From assembly GCA_003220075.1 (NCBI GenBank), contig QHRJ01000042.1:4374-46539 (forward strand): a DNA stretch of 42,166 nt. Reading direction: 5' to 3'. Shown piece by piece: positions 7,479-17,732 of the stretch (position 1 is the first letter of the stretch; each line of letters opens with the position of its first letter). A program made the translations under genes and the position numbers. Below the pieces are notes generated by a model. It had not been told where the DNA came from. It made no database searches and was given only the letters and a program-made list of their open reading frames with translations. Source of the DNA: Verrucomicrobiota bacterium (GTDB lineage Bacteria; Verrucomicrobiota; Verrucomicrobiia; Chthoniobacterales; UBA10450).

Positions 7479-10400
7479 TTAGAATCTCTTCTTTAGCTGG
7501 ACGTACCAGAACCGGCCTTTGATATCGGCAAGCGATTCATCGTAGCCGTTCTCGAACGCTCCGCCGGCGAATGGCGGATTGGAATCGAAGACATTTTGCA
7601 TTCCAAGCGTGAGAGTCGTGTCATTTAGCCAAGCGCGCCAACCACATGTACTGTACTCTGCGGTAGAGATGGGCGCGACACTTTTCTCCTTACCATCGTG
7701 CATCTTCACATTCTTACCGCCATCCTTCGCGTAACCGGCTACTTCTTGCTGAGCTACCGGCACCGGTAACTTAAACGTATAAGAAGCGATCAGGTCGAGC
7801 GTGGTCCACTCCCGTATTTTGCGCGGCTTCGAGCCGCGACCGACTAGGTCGATATTATCATCCTGATACTGGCCGGTGTAGTGAACTGTCCCGCCGACAT
7901 CGAAGCCGGCGAGCCAGGTGTCAACCGGCCCGTCCCAGAACGCACTGGCAAAGGCTCGAGTATGCGGCATCGATCCGCTGAAGTTCAATCCAACCGGAAA
8001 CCCACCTGAGAGCCCAAAGCGGTGAGTGTCGGGACTCGCCTGAAACTCAAAGCGGGATAGATAAGTCCCGTTAAGGGTGAAGGTAAGCCTGCCAAAATCA
8101 CCACGGCCAAAGGTCGATGAATTCAGAATATAGATCGCTTCGTAATCAAGACCTTCCACCACCGCGCGTGTGAGGTTTAAACTGGGATTGATGACCTCCG
8201 TGATTGGATCGGGAAACATCGGAGTTCCGGCCATCGGATTACGAATCACCTCCCCCGGAAAGCTGCTTTCATGATCGATAATGAATTGCGGGTCGACGGT
8301 GGACGCAATCGATCGAAGGTCGATATGCCAAAAATCAGCGCTCAGGGTAAGACCTTTGATCCATTTCGGGCCGTAGACGACTCCGTAAGACCATTCATAG
8401 GCAACCTCCGGCTTCAGGAGCGGGTTTCCCTGGGTGATTACCCGGATCCTGGTGCCGGGCTGGGTCAAATTCTTTGGATCGCGAGCATCATCGGGAACCG
8501 ACGCGAAACCCTCGGTCCCTGCCGGGGTAAGGTCGGGTAATGTCGGCGCATGAAAGGCTTCGCTGTAAGTGCCACGCAAGGTGAGCACGCCAATCGACTT
8601 GGGGTCAAGCGGCTGCCAGCGAATGGAGAACTTCGGCTTCTGCGCATCAAACCGGGAGTGTTCCTCAGGCAAAACCGAAGGAGCAGTCGTCGCAGATGTA
8701 TTCTGGCTGTACCATTCTTCGCGTTCAGCGATGTCGAACTCGAGACTGTACGCTCCCGGCAACTCCCACGCCGGGCTGGCGATTGGAATCCGCACTTCCT
8801 GATAAGTTGACCAAACGTCGCGGTTCACCTTTGAGGCTTGGAAATCCTGGGAACCAATTGTGTCAAAACTGGTGTTCTCCGAGTCTGGATCGCTCCTCCA
8901 CCTTTCCCCGTGGTAATCGAGCCCGGCCGCAAAGGAGACTGGCCCGGCGGGAAGATTGAACAGATCCCCATCGAGATGGAAATAAGCCAATGGCAACTCA
9001 AACTGGCCGGTGGCATGGAGCGTAACGTAGACCCGGCTTATTGCCGCCTCGGTGTTCTTACCCTGGAATCCAAGGAACGGGTTAAACGCTGTGGCCGGAT
9101 CCGTATCCAGCAGCGCTGCGCGTAAGCCAGCCCGGCTAACAACGCCGCCGGTGAGGTTTTCCTCCTCGTTGCGGGAATAGCGGAAACCCAATTCCCAATT
9201 CCAATTCTTGAAGTAATCTCCAAACTCTCCCATCTGGCCGCGAACTCCGGCATCAAACAGCATGTCGTGGAACGTGTTTTTGGATGTTCTGACGGCTGCG
9301 TCGTTAATGCCGCGAAAGCGAACCCCGGTGCTCACCGGCGTGCCATCGGGCAAAGTCGCATCTGCGACCGTGAAGGGATTAAACGGATTTTGGATTGGCA
9401 CGCTGATCCCGGCAGGACTGAAGGTATCGCCGTTCGATTGCTTGAACGCATCCGGGTCGAACGGAGTAGCCGCCAGGGCGGCATCAAAAAATGAGCGGGT
9501 ATATTTGAAGTCCGCAAATACCTCTAAGTACTTGTCACAAATATCGCGCGTGAAAGAGCCATAGAAGCTCTGACGATCCGCCGCCGGAATCGATGGCGTC
9601 AAAGCCGCGAAGTTGTAGAATTGGAAGTTGCCATCCGGATAACTAAGACCTTTTGGAACCGCTGAACTAAAAATATTGATGTATTGCGGACTCGCCGCGA
9701 CGTTCGGAAACGCGTGTGGGGTGGGAGTGATTACACCTGGGAGCAACTGGTAGAAGTTCAGTTGTCCATTAGCTATTACATTCACCCTGCCGGGAAGATT
9801 GGGACTGCGATTATCAAATCCGCCCCACGCATCTTGGTTCGCGTTACTGCTAATGTTGCGGTCGCGACTGTAGATTGCGGCCCGATCGTAGGCATCGGCA
9901 ATAATCACGATATCGGTCTTGTCATCCCCCGTTCCGGCAATCATCCACGTCTCGAGCTCGCGTGCGTCATTGGAGGAGCCCAGATTCGTATTGCCAATAC
10001 TGCCTCCGATCTCCAGACCACGGAATTTGTGTTTCAAAAAGATATTGAACACACCCGCCACCGCATCACTCCCGTAAACCGCCGAAGCCCCATCCTTCAA
10101 GATGTCGATGTGATCAATCATTGGAAAGGGAATGAGATTAATGTCCACTCCGCTAGTGCGGGGTGCAGCGCCCCCGGTCCCGCCATTCAAAGTCCCGCCA
10201 CTCCCAATTATCGCGACACGCTTTCCATCGATGAGAACGAGAGTCTCCTTAGGTAGCAAGCCGCGCAGATTGGGAATGACAGCGCCATCACCGCCATTGG
10301 CGATGTTCTGGTTGATGGTCGCGCCCATTTCCTGCGGCAGCTTGTTAAGCAGGTCAGTTGTGTTGCGCACGCCTAATCTCTCGATGTCTTCTGTGCGATA

Positions 10401-10595
10401 GGTATCCACCGGATTCGGCCCTACTTCTTCGGCAGTGGGAATATTTGAGCCGGTAACTATGACACGCTCGGCTTCTGCCGTTGCGCCAGCCTGCTCGGGA
10501 GGCGGTGAAGCTAGCGTGGCAGGCACCACATCTTGAGCGAAAACATTCCCGGCAATTAAAAGGGCGAAAGCAATGCTCGCGCGCCGCTTACTCAT
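7479..10595 (-). CDS. TonB-dependent outer-membrane receptor
   Basis: ATG 10595 gives the signal peptide MSKRRASIAFALLIAGNVFAQD. Plug motifs are present (VIVTGS, NLRGL, LVLIDGKR), followed by a long barrel and a C-terminal ...GRFWYVQLKKRF with terminal Phe. Confidence 0.85.
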   Translation of the reverse strand: MSKRRASIAFALLIAGNVFAQDVVPATLASPPPEQAGATAEAERVIVTGSNIPTAEEVGPNPVDTYRTEDIERLGVRNTTDLLNKLPQEMGATINQNIANGGDGAVIPNLRGLLPKETLVLIDGKRVAIIGSGGTLNGGTGGAAPRTSGVDINLIPFPMIDHIDILKDGASAVYGSDAVAGVFNIFLKHKFRGLEIGGSIGNTNLGSSNDARELETWMIAGTGDDKTDIVIIADAYDRAAIYSRDRNISSNANQDAWGGFDNRSPNLPGRVNVIANGQLNFYQLLPGVITPTPHAFPNVAASPQYINIFSSAVPKGLSYPDGNFQFYNFAALTPSIPAADRQSFYGSFTRDICDKYLEVFADFKYTRSFFDAALAATPFDPDAFKQSNGDTFSPAGISVPIQNPFNPFTVADATLPDGTPVSTGVRFRGINDAAVRTSKNTFHDMLFDAGVRGQMGEFGDYFKNWNWELGFRYSRNEEENLTGGVVSRAGLRAALLDTDPATAFNPFLGFQGKNTEAAISRVYVTLHATGQFELPLAYFHLDGDLFNLPAGPVSFAAGLDYHGERWRSDPDSENTSFDTIGSQDFQASKVNRDVWSTYQEVRIPIASPAWELPGAYSLEFDIAEREEWYSQNTSATTAPSVLPEEHSRFDAQKPKFSIRWQPLDPKSIGVLTLRGTYSEAFHAPTLPDLTPAGTEGFASVPDDARDPKNLTQPGTRIRVITQGNPLLKPEVAYEWSYGVVYGPKWIKGLTLSADFWHIDLRSIASTVDPQFIIDHESSFPGEVIRNPMAGTPMFPDPITEVINPSLNLTRAVVEGLDYEAIYILNSSTFGRGDFGRLTFTLNGTYLSRFEFQASPDTHRFGLSGGFPVGLNFSGSMPHTRAFASAFWDGPVDTWLAGFDVGGTVHYTGQYQDDNIDLVGRGSKPRKIREWTTLDLIASYTFKLPVPVAQQEVAGYAKDGGKNVKMHDGKEKSVAPISTAEYSTCGWRAWLNDTTLTLGMQNVFDSNPPFAGGAFENGYDESLADIKGRFWYVQLKKRF

Positions 10596-10929
10596 CGCTT
10601 GATCAGACTCGTCCTCATTGTGAACCGTTCGCTTAGCTCGCGTGAGTGTGGGCAACTCAATGGAGCGGAGGCGAGCCAAATGTCGCTTAAGCGGACTTCC
10701 CTAATCGGGACGATTATTTTCGATCGCGCTGAGTGGTATTTTCGCGGTCTATGTTGCCGGCAAGTGGCACCGGACTGGCGTTGCGTGTGCTCTCCGGGAG
10801 GAAAGTTGACCGCCCCCCGGAGAACGCCTAATATGCTCTCCCGTTTTCGGTCCGAGCATTGCGTACCGGCGACGGATCGACGCTGAAAAAGCGCCGCTGT
10901 TTATTGCTCCAAGGAGGCAGTTTTAATTT

Positions 10930-12636
10930 ATGGCTCAAATGCAGGATTTATTGGCGAAATCGTTCCGCGACTTTCGCGAAGGCAGCATCGTCAAAGGTCG
11001 CGTGCTGGAAATTCGTCCCCGCGAAGTGCTGGTGGACATCGGTTACAAATCGGAGGGCGTGATCCCTTCAGCCGAGTTCGAGAACATCGATAGCCTGGAA
11101 GTCGGCGATGAAGTGGACGTGTTGCTAGAGCGTCTCGAAAACGACGAGGGGATGGTCGTACTTTCCAAAGAAAAGGCCGCGTATCGCCAGAATTGGAACA
11201 AAATCGCCAGCGTTTTTCAGGGCGATGGTCTGATCAAAGGCAAAGTGAAGTCTGTGGTTAAAGGCGGGCTGATGGTGAACATCGGAGTGGAAGCATTTTT
11301 GCCGGCGTCGCAGATCGATATCGTGCCGCCGAAAGATTTGCAGCAGTTCGTCGGCAACACCTACGATTTCAAAATCGTTAAGATTAATGATGACCGTCGC
11401 AATGTCGTTTTAAGCCGGCGCGAAATCATTGAACAGGAACGAAGCGAGAAGCGGCAGAAGTTCCTCGAAAGCGTGAATGTGGGCGATCGCGTGATCGGCA
11501 CGGTGAAGAACCTGACCGATTTCGGCGCTTTCATCGACCTCGACGGCATGGATGGGCTCCTTCACATTACCGACATGACCTGGGGCCGGCTCGGTCATCC
11601 GAGCGAGATGGTCAAAGTAGGTCAGCAGCTCGAAGTCGTTGTTCTCGATATCAACAAGGAAAAGGAGCGCGTCTCGCTTGGACTAAAGCAGACGCAAAGG
11701 AATCCGTGGGACCAGATCGAAGAACGTTTCCCGGCCGGCCAGAAGGTCAAAGGCAAGATCACGAACCTTGTTCCTTACGGTGCATTTGTGGAATTGGAGG
11801 AAGGTGTGGAAGGATTGATCCATGTCTCGGAACTTTCCTGGACGAAACGAATCATGCGGCCGTCGGATATTTTAAGTGTGGGTCAGGAAGTTGAAGCCGT
11901 CGTGCTGGGGGTAAACAAGGAGGAACAGAAAATTTCGCTCGGCCTGCGCCAACTCGAACCCAATCCGTGGGACGAAATTGAGAAGAAGTTCGAGATCGGT
12001 AGTCGGGTTAAAGGGCACATTCGCAACATGACCGCTTACGGGGCTTTCGTGGAACTAGCCGACGGCATTGACGGTATGATTCATGTTTCCGATCTAAGCT
12101 GGACCCGAAAGATCAATCATCCCAGCGAAGTATTTAAGAAGAACGACGAAGTAGAAGCCGTCGTCATTGACATCGACAAGGTCAACCAGCGAATCAGTCT
12201 CGGTATCAAACAACTGAGCGAGGATCCCTGGAAGAACATTGATCAAAAATATAAGATCGGAGATTTGGTTAAAGGCAAGGTAACAAAACTGGCGAGCTTC
12301 GGTGCGTTCGTTCAACTACAAGACGACATCGATGGACTTGTTCATATTTCCCAGTTAAGCGAGAATCACGTCGCAAAAGTTAAAGATGTCCTAAAGGTGG
12401 GGCAGGAAGTAGAAGCGCGCGTGATCAAGGTAGATAAGATTGAACGCAGGATCGGTCTATCGATCAAGGCAGCGAACTATTCCGAAGAAGAACTGCGCAA
12501 AGAATCCGAAGCCTTCGATACTCTGCGCCCGGGCGAAGACATGGTCGGCCTGGAGAAAGCTTTTGCCGCCGCCGAGCAGGAAGACTATCGCCCCGGCGAA
12601 GGGAAGAAACCCAAAGACGATTCCAAGGGCAAATAA
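10930..12636 (+). CDS. rpsA: 30S ribosomal protein S1
   Basis: The 568-aa protein has six tandem S1 OB-fold repeats (G..V.G.V......G.FV.L pattern, e.g. GTVKNLTDFGAFIDL, GKITNLVPYGAFVEL). Confidence 0.95.
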   Translation: MAQMQDLLAKSFRDFREGSIVKGRVLEIRPREVLVDIGYKSEGVIPSAEFENIDSLEVGDEVDVLLERLENDEGMVVLSKEKAAYRQNWNKIASVFQGDGLIKGKVKSVVKGGLMVNIGVEAFLPASQIDIVPPKDLQQFVGNTYDFKIVKINDDRRNVVLSRREIIEQERSEKRQKFLESVNVGDRVIGTVKNLTDFGAFIDLDGMDGLLHITDMTWGRLGHPSEMVKVGQQLEVVVLDINKEKERVSLGLKQTQRNPWDQIEERFPAGQKVKGKITNLVPYGAFVELEEGVEGLIHVSELSWTKRIMRPSDILSVGQEVEAVVLGVNKEEQKISLGLRQLEPNPWDEIEKKFEIGSRVKGHIRNMTAYGAFVELADGIDGMIHVSDLSWTRKINHPSEVFKKNDEVEAVVIDIDKVNQRISLGIKQLSEDPWKNIDQKYKIGDLVKGKVTKLASFGAFVQLQDDIDGLVHISQLSENHVAKVKDVLKVGQEVEARVIKVDKIERRIGLSIKAANYSEEELRKESEAFDTLRPGEDMVGLEKAFAAAEQEDYRPGEGKKPKDDSKGK

Positions 12637-12689
12637 CTAAGGGCGGGGCGAAGCGGCCAAATGCTCTGACCTTAATCGAGGAGAAAGAA

Positions 12690-12744
12690 CACAGATCGCG
12701 GGTGTCTTGGGAATGGGGGCAGGAGATCGTTCGCGAAACGCCGG
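12690..12744. repeat. dispersed copy of the repeat unit found in tandem at 33647..33744
   Basis: The sequence cacagatcgcgggtgtcttgggaatgggggcaggagatcgttcgcgaaacgccgg matches 33690..33744 at about 48 of 55 nt. It lies between the convergent rpsA and glmS genes. Confidence 0.6.
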
Positions 12745-12880
12745 TCGGAACACCCGTGAATGATCTGAGCCAATTCTTTCCGGGTAGCAACACAGTGGCC
12801 GCGACTGCCGCCATTTCTTCGATTCCGCAGGCTGAAAGCCCGCTGGGTGCACAGGCAAAAATTCCTATGTTCCGGCCGCC

Positions 12881-14737
12881 TTATTCTACCGTTACGCTCT
12901 TGGCGAGATTCCGCGGTTTGTCGACGTCGCAACCCAATTCAACGGCAACATGGTAGGCAAATAACTGGAGCGGGATCGCTGTCAGAACCGGCGTTGCGAA
13001 CTCGGGAGCACGGGGGATCTCGATGATATCGTTCGCGATCCCCTTTAACTGTTTTGCGCCGTCGCCGCTGGTCAGCACGATTATTGGTCCTTTGCGCGCC
13101 TTGACCTGCTCAATGTTATTCCGATTTTTGCAAAACACCGCATCATCGGGCGCGACGAAAATCGAAGGCAAATCCGGTCGCACCAAGGCGATGATACCGT
13201 GCTTCAGTTCCGCGCTCGGATGGCCTTCAGCAAAGAGATAAGTGATCTCTTTCATCTTCAGGGCACCCTCCAACGCGACAGGAAAATTAAATTGCCGGCC
13301 GAAGAACAACATTCCCTCGGCCTCGACATATTTCTTCGCAATCGAACGAATTTGCTCGCTCAACTTCAGCACCGATTCGATCTGTTCGGGCAAGGCTTCG
13401 AGTGCTTCTATTATGCGCGATCCCTGTGAAGAGGAAAGATGCCGCATTCGCCCCAGTAGCAGTCCGATTAATGCCAGAATTGTGACCTGCGAGGTAAATG
13501 ATTTGGTGGCTGCGACGCCGATCTCCGGCCCGGCGTGCATGTAAACCCCGCCATCACTTTCGCGCGCGATGGTGCTGGCAACGTTATTGCAGATGCCGAG
13601 AGTGCGAAATCCTTTGCGCTGGCTTTCGCGCAACGCACCGAGTGTGTCAGCGGTTTCGCCGCTTTGGCTAATGGCGAAAACGAGGGTATTGCCGCTCATC
13701 GGGGTGTTGCGATGGCGGAACTCGCTGGCGTATTCCACTTCTACCGGAATGTTCGCCAGCTGTTCGATGAGATATTCCCCGACCAGCGCGGCGTGCAATG
13801 CCGTCCCACACCCAGTTAACACGACGCGGGAGACATCGCGCAATTCCCCCGCTGTCATGTTTAATCCGCCGAGTTTAGCCGTGCATTCTTCGGTGTTGAG
13901 CCGTCCGCGCATGGCATCGCGCACCGAGTTCGGCTGCTCAAAGATTTCTTTGAGCATGTAATGGGGAAAGTCTCCCTTGCTGACGTCTTCCGCCCCAAAC
14001 TCGACCTTGCTGATTTGGTAATTGCCGGACTCGCCCGCGACCGAGCTGATTTCGAATTTATCGCGCGAGACCGCAACGATATCGAAATCGTTAAGATAAA
14101 CGGCGTCGCGGGTGTGAGCGACGATCGCGCTCACGTCGCTGGCGAGAAAATTCTCATCTTTACCGACGCCGAGGACGAGGGGCGAACCGCGCCGCGCACC
14201 AATCATGAATTCTTTGATGTCGGAATGAACGAGCGCGATGCCGTAGGTGCCGATCACTTGTTTAAGCGCGGCACGGGTAGCATTGACCAGGCGAGCTTTG
14301 GAATCGGCGCCGTCAATTTGCTCATAAATGCTGCCGATTAAATGCGCCAGCACTTCAGTATCGGTGTCGGAAGTGAACTGGTGGCCGCCTTCGCGCTCGA
14401 GTTGCTCGCGCAGCGCGGCGTAATTTTCAATCACGCCGTTGTGCACCAGCGCAATTTTTCCGCTCTGGTCAAAATGCGGATGCGCATTTTCGTCGGTCAC
14501 TTTTCCGTGGGTGGCCCAGCGAGTGTGGCTGATGCCGTACTGCCCCGAGGGCGGTTTCTCGGTCATTAACTTGGCAAGATTCGCGATTCGTCCGGCGCAT
14601 TTCCGCGTCTCGATCTGCTTGCCATTTACGATCGCGACGCCAGCGGAATCGTAACCGCGATATTCGAGGCGACGTAGACCATCGAGAAGGATAGGCGCCG
14701 CTTCCGCGCGTCCGACATATCCGACAATTCCACACAT
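12881..14737 (-). CDS. glmS: glutamine--fructose-6-phosphate aminotransferase
   Basis: ATG 14737 gives MCGIVGYVG, with the N-terminal Cys nucleophile. There are two SIS domains and the C-terminus is ...NLAKSVTVE. Confidence 0.95.
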   Translation of the reverse strand: MCGIVGYVGRAEAAPILLDGLRRLEYRGYDSAGVAIVNGKQIETRKCAGRIANLAKLMTEKPPSGQYGISHTRWATHGKVTDENAHPHFDQSGKIALVHNGVIENYAALREQLEREGGHQFTSDTDTEVLAHLIGSIYEQIDGADSKARLVNATRAALKQVIGTYGIALVHSDIKEFMIGARRGSPLVLGVGKDENFLASDVSAIVAHTRDAVYLNDFDIVAVSRDKFEISSVAGESGNYQISKVEFGAEDVSKGDFPHYMLKEIFEQPNSVRDAMRGRLNTEECTAKLGGLNMTAGELRDVSRVVLTGCGTALHAALVGEYLIEQLANIPVEVEYASEFRHRNTPMSGNTLVFAISQSGETADTLGALRESQRKGFRTLGICNNVASTIARESDGGVYMHAGPEIGVAATKSFTSQVTILALIGLLLGRMRHLSSSQGSRIIEALEALPEQIESVLKLSEQIRSIAKKYVEAEGMLFFGRQFNFPVALEGALKMKEITYLFAEGHPSAELKHGIIALVRPDLPSIFVAPDDAVFCKNRNNIEQVKARKGPIIVLTSGDGAKQLKGIANDIIEIPRAPEFATPVLTAIPLQLFAYHVAVELGCDVDKPRNLAKSVTVE

Positions 14738-14921
14738 AATTTTAGGAGGAAGATTATAGCATATTTCCGGCCCATAGCGCCCTGCCATCTCGAGCGAAAA
14801 TGCCAGTCCGGCTCGAGATAACGCTAGCAGATCGCCGTTGACTAAAGTTGGCGACTGGGAAGGCGCCGTTCCTTCAAAAATTTTGCGAGCAGCAAATCCG
14901 GTTTGCGATCACATTAGCGCG

Positions 14922-16217
14922 ATGCAAGCCCCTGCGCTTCCGCCCGGCACGACCCAGCGCACTCTCGCCATCATCATGGGTGGCGGAGCGGGCACGCGAC
15001 TCTTCCCATTAACCAAAGACCGCGCAAAACCGGCCGTGCCACTCGGTGGAAAATATCGGTTGGTCGATATCCCGATCAGTAATTGCCTGAACTCCGGCCT
15101 GCGCTCGATCTATTTGCTCACGCAATTCAATACCATGTCACTGCATCGCCACATTCAGGCGAGCTACAAGTTCGACAATTTCTCCCGGAGCTTTGTCGAT
15201 ATTCTGGCGGCCCAACAAACGCCCGAAGGGTCGCAATGGTACCAAGGAACCGCCGACGCCGTGCGGCAAAACATGCGTTACTTCCTCGAACGACCGTTCG
15301 AGTTTTATTTGATTCTCAGCGGCGACCAGCTTTACCGGATGGATTTTCGCTCGCTTTTGCATCAGCACATTCGTTCCGGCGCAGAGATCACACTCACCAC
15401 CAAACCGGTGAAGCGCGATCAGGCGGCGGAGTTCGGAATCATGTCTAGCGGCGAAGACCGGCGTATCACGCGATTTGTCGAGAAACCGAAGGAGGCGAAA
15501 GTGCTCGATGCGTTGAAAATGGACCGCGCCTTACTGGCAGCCATCGGGCACGGAGAGGACGAGGAATTGTTTCAAGCATCGATGGGTATTTACATCTTCA
15601 ACCGGAACGTGCTGATCGAATGTCTCAACAACGATCTGTTTGATTTTGGCAAGCACGTCATTCCGGCTGCGATCCAAACGCGTAATGTCAGCGCCTACAT
15701 TTTCGACGGCTACTGGGAAGATATCGGAACGATTCGCGCCTTTTACGAAGCCAATCTCGATCTCACCGACTTAGTTCCGGCTTACAGTTTTTTCGAATCC
15801 GACGCGCCGATTTACTCTCATCCCCGGTTTCTCCCCGGGAGCAAGATCAACGGCGCGAGCCTGCGCCAGGCCATCATTTCCGACGGCTGCATCATATCCG
15901 ATGGCCACATCGAGCGCAGCGTTATCGGGGTGCGCAGCATTATTCAAAGCGGCGCGACCATTCGTAATAGCGTGGTGATGGGCGCTGATTTTTACGAACT
16001 CGATAGCGATCGCGGTTCGGAGATAATTCCCATCGGCATCGGCCGCAACTGCGTAATCGATCGCGCTATCATTGACAAAAACGCACGCATTGCCGACGGA
16101 GTGGTGGTTACGCCAGAAGGGAAACCGGAAAATTTCGACGCGGAAAATTATTACATCCGCGACGGTATTGTGGTGATTCCGAAGAACGCAACCATTCCGC
16201 CAGGGTTCTGGATCTGA
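14922..16217 (+). CDS. glgC: glucose-1-phosphate adenylyltransferase
   Basis: The motif GGGAGTRLFPLTKDRAKPAVPLGGKYRLVDIPISNC is followed by a C-terminal left-handed beta-helix. I prefer ATG 14922 over the TTG at 14838 used by the ORF track. Confidence 0.9.
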   Translation: MQAPALPPGTTQRTLAIIMGGGAGTRLFPLTKDRAKPAVPLGGKYRLVDIPISNCLNSGLRSIYLLTQFNTMSLHRHIQASYKFDNFSRSFVDILAAQQTPEGSQWYQGTADAVRQNMRYFLERPFEFYLILSGDQLYRMDFRSLLHQHIRSGAEITLTTKPVKRDQAAEFGIMSSGEDRRITRFVEKPKEAKVLDALKMDRALLAAIGHGEDEELFQASMGIYIFNRNVLIECLNNDLFDFGKHVIPAAIQTRNVSAYIFDGYWEDIGTIRAFYEANLDLTDLVPAYSFFESDAPIYSHPRFLPGSKINGASLRQAIISDGCIISDGHIERSVIGVRSIIQSGATIRNSVVMGADFYELDSDRGSEIIPIGIGRNCVIDRAIIDKNARIADGVVVTPEGKPENFDAENYYIRDGIVVIPKNATIPPGFWI

Positions 16218-16236
16218 TCGAGACCGCGTGCAAACA

Positions 16237-16286
16237 AACGGGCAAGATGCCCGTTGGCCCCACAGCCAAGATGGCTGTGCTTACAA
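16237..16286. repeat. paired GC-rich hairpins between convergent genes (REP-like, possible terminator)
   Basis: The hairpins are AACGGGCAagaTGCCCGTT (16237..16255) and CACAGCCAagaTGGCTGTG (16261..16279), followed by cttacaa. The same hairpin type occurs at 36475..36493. Confidence 0.5.
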
Positions 16287-16308
16287 TGCCTGCGTCTTTC
16301 GCTCCCGC

Positions 16309-16512
16309 TCAGCGGCGATCTGTCATCCCCGCGAACTGGCCTTGGGTTTCCCACTTCTCCTGTTTGTTCCAAGGAATCTGGGATTCTTTTTTGGCATCAG
16401 GATCATCGACCAGCGCCGGTCTCGGTTTCTCTGTCGCGCATGCGACCAAGGCCATGCAACCTGCCAACAGCAGTAAAGCAGAGATTGTTCGTTTAGGAAT
16501 TCGAGCTAGCAT
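16309..16512 (-). CDS. small lipoprotein (67 aa)
   Basis: An internal ATG at 16512 gives MLARIPKRTISALLLLAGCMALVAC, which contains an LAGC lipobox. It overlaps the 3' end of the upstream gene by 20 nt, consistent with coupling. Confidence 0.45.
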   Translation of the reverse strand: MLARIPKRTISALLLLAGCMALVACATEKPRPALVDDPDAKKESQIPWNKQEKWETQGQFAGMTDRR

Positions 16513-17284
16513 AAATGACGGTATCACCGGGTTGCACCTGAACGCCACGCGCCAGGCTGTTTCCGAGAATATCGCCAATAGCTGTCGCCGGTTCAACTGA
16601 GGAAATGCGAATTTTTCCGATGATGGTGGTGTCTCGTAGCACTAACATTTCGGCATTCGGCTCCAGGCCCTGGCGATTGCCGAGATTGAGCACGACAAAG
16701 TTGTAGGCTTGATTCACCGCCAGCACCGTCCCGCGGATCGAAGGATGAAAACTCGGCTCGCGGCGCTGCACCATTACCTCCGGTCCGCGCGATTGTTCAC
16801 GCGTTGGTCCCAGTTTTTCGGCGATAAAGGTTTTCTCGTGTTCTGCGCTCTCCAGTTGTTTCCGCGCATCATCAAGCTGGGCTTGTAGCTCTGCTATCGA
16901 GGGCGCGCCTGGATTTGGGTTCGCGGACGTTTGGGTCATTTCTTGCATGTGTTTCTGCAATTCCGCAATCTGCGATTCGTTCGCTTGCAACTTGCCTCGC
17001 AAATCTGATTTTTCGCTTTGTGTCTTCACCAATTCCGCTTCCGCGCTCGCTATCCGATTCTCGTTTTCGGCAATCTTCGTTACTTCATTCGCAACCTTCG
17101 TTTCCCGGTTCTTGATATTCTTCTCCGCTGTTTGACGCTGGCGCTCAGCCGATTCGCGCTGACTTTTGGCCATCGCTACCTCGTTACGCAACGCCTTGGC
17201 TTTGCTTCCATTCAAGGCGCCGAATAACGCTGAAATGAGGAGCAGCGACACCGAAATAGCGAGGAGTGGCTTCGGAGAATTCAC
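16493..17284 (-). CDS. membrane-anchored coiled-coil protein with a C-terminal beta-rich domain
   Basis: There is an N-terminal TM/signal anchor (PLLAISVSLLLISALFGAL), about 120 aa of charged heptad-like sequence, then VLAVNQAYNFVVLNLGNRQG...GKIRISSVEP...VQPGDTVIY. Function is unknown. Confidence 0.6.
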   Translation of the reverse strand: MNSPKPLLAISVSLLLISALFGALNGSKAKALRNEVAMAKSQRESAERQRQTAEKNIKNRETKVANEVTKIAENENRIASAEAELVKTQSEKSDLRGKLQANESQIAELQKHMQEMTQTSANPNPGAPSIAELQAQLDDARKQLESAEHEKTFIAEKLGPTREQSRGPEVMVQRREPSFHPSIRGTVLAVNQAYNFVVLNLGNRQGLEPNAEMLVLRDTTIIGKIRISSVEPATAIGDILGNSLARGVQVQPGDTVIYASSNS

Positions 17285-17585
17285 AGGTGGATTTACGGGA
17301 AGGACTTTTTACACGAAAAGAGGCCGAAATAGCAATACGGAAATGCGAAATTTATACGTCTATTGGGACGTCCGACTTTGCGTGGGTCCACCGCAAAAGG
17401 CGCGGCGTTGCGATTTCTGTAGCGGCGATCTATGACCCCCGGACAGACCAGCCTACAGATCCGAGCGCCTGCTGTCTTTTCCACAAGGCTTGAGGCCTGT
17501 GGCGCACCGGAGATCCGTTTCCCCCAAATTAGGATACTGCCCCAATTCTTGCGCCCCTGTCCGGCCCGCCCTATAGATGGTACGC

Positions 17586-17732
17586 ATGGGTCAACAACTC
17601 CGAAGACGCGCCAAACGAAAACGTCGCAGAGCTTATCTCGAGCGCAAAAGTGCCAAGCAAAAATCGATGCGTCGCGAATCCACGCGCGCCAAACCAAAGA
17701 AATCTGCGTCACTACCGGCTCCAGCAGAGTAA
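17586..17732 (+). CDS. candidate 48-aa arginine/lysine-rich small protein
   Basis: The ATG-initiated ORF encodes MGQQLRRRAKRKRRRAYLERKSAKQKSMRRESTRAKPKKSASLPAPAE and ends 13 nt before the probable GTG start of the NYN gene. I see no clear SD, and it is below the ORF-track size cut-off. Confidence 0.3.
   Translation: MGQQLRRRAKRKRRRAYLERKSAKQKSMRRESTRAKPKKSASLPAPAE

Noticed and set aside
10596-10929. A riboswitch (for example cobalamin) in front of the TonB-dependent receptor, or an S1 autoregulatory leader.
   Set aside because: I found no B12-box-like core on either strand. The only structure is one 8-bp hairpin (tctccggg ... cccggaga, 10791..10823), which is not enough to call.
14738-14921. 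A glmS ribozyme or leader upstream of glmS.
   Set aside because: I cannot recognise the conserved ribozyme core. The leader is short and shared with the divergent glgC gene. The ribozyme is mainly a Firmicutes-type feature. A cmsearch with RF00234 would settle it.
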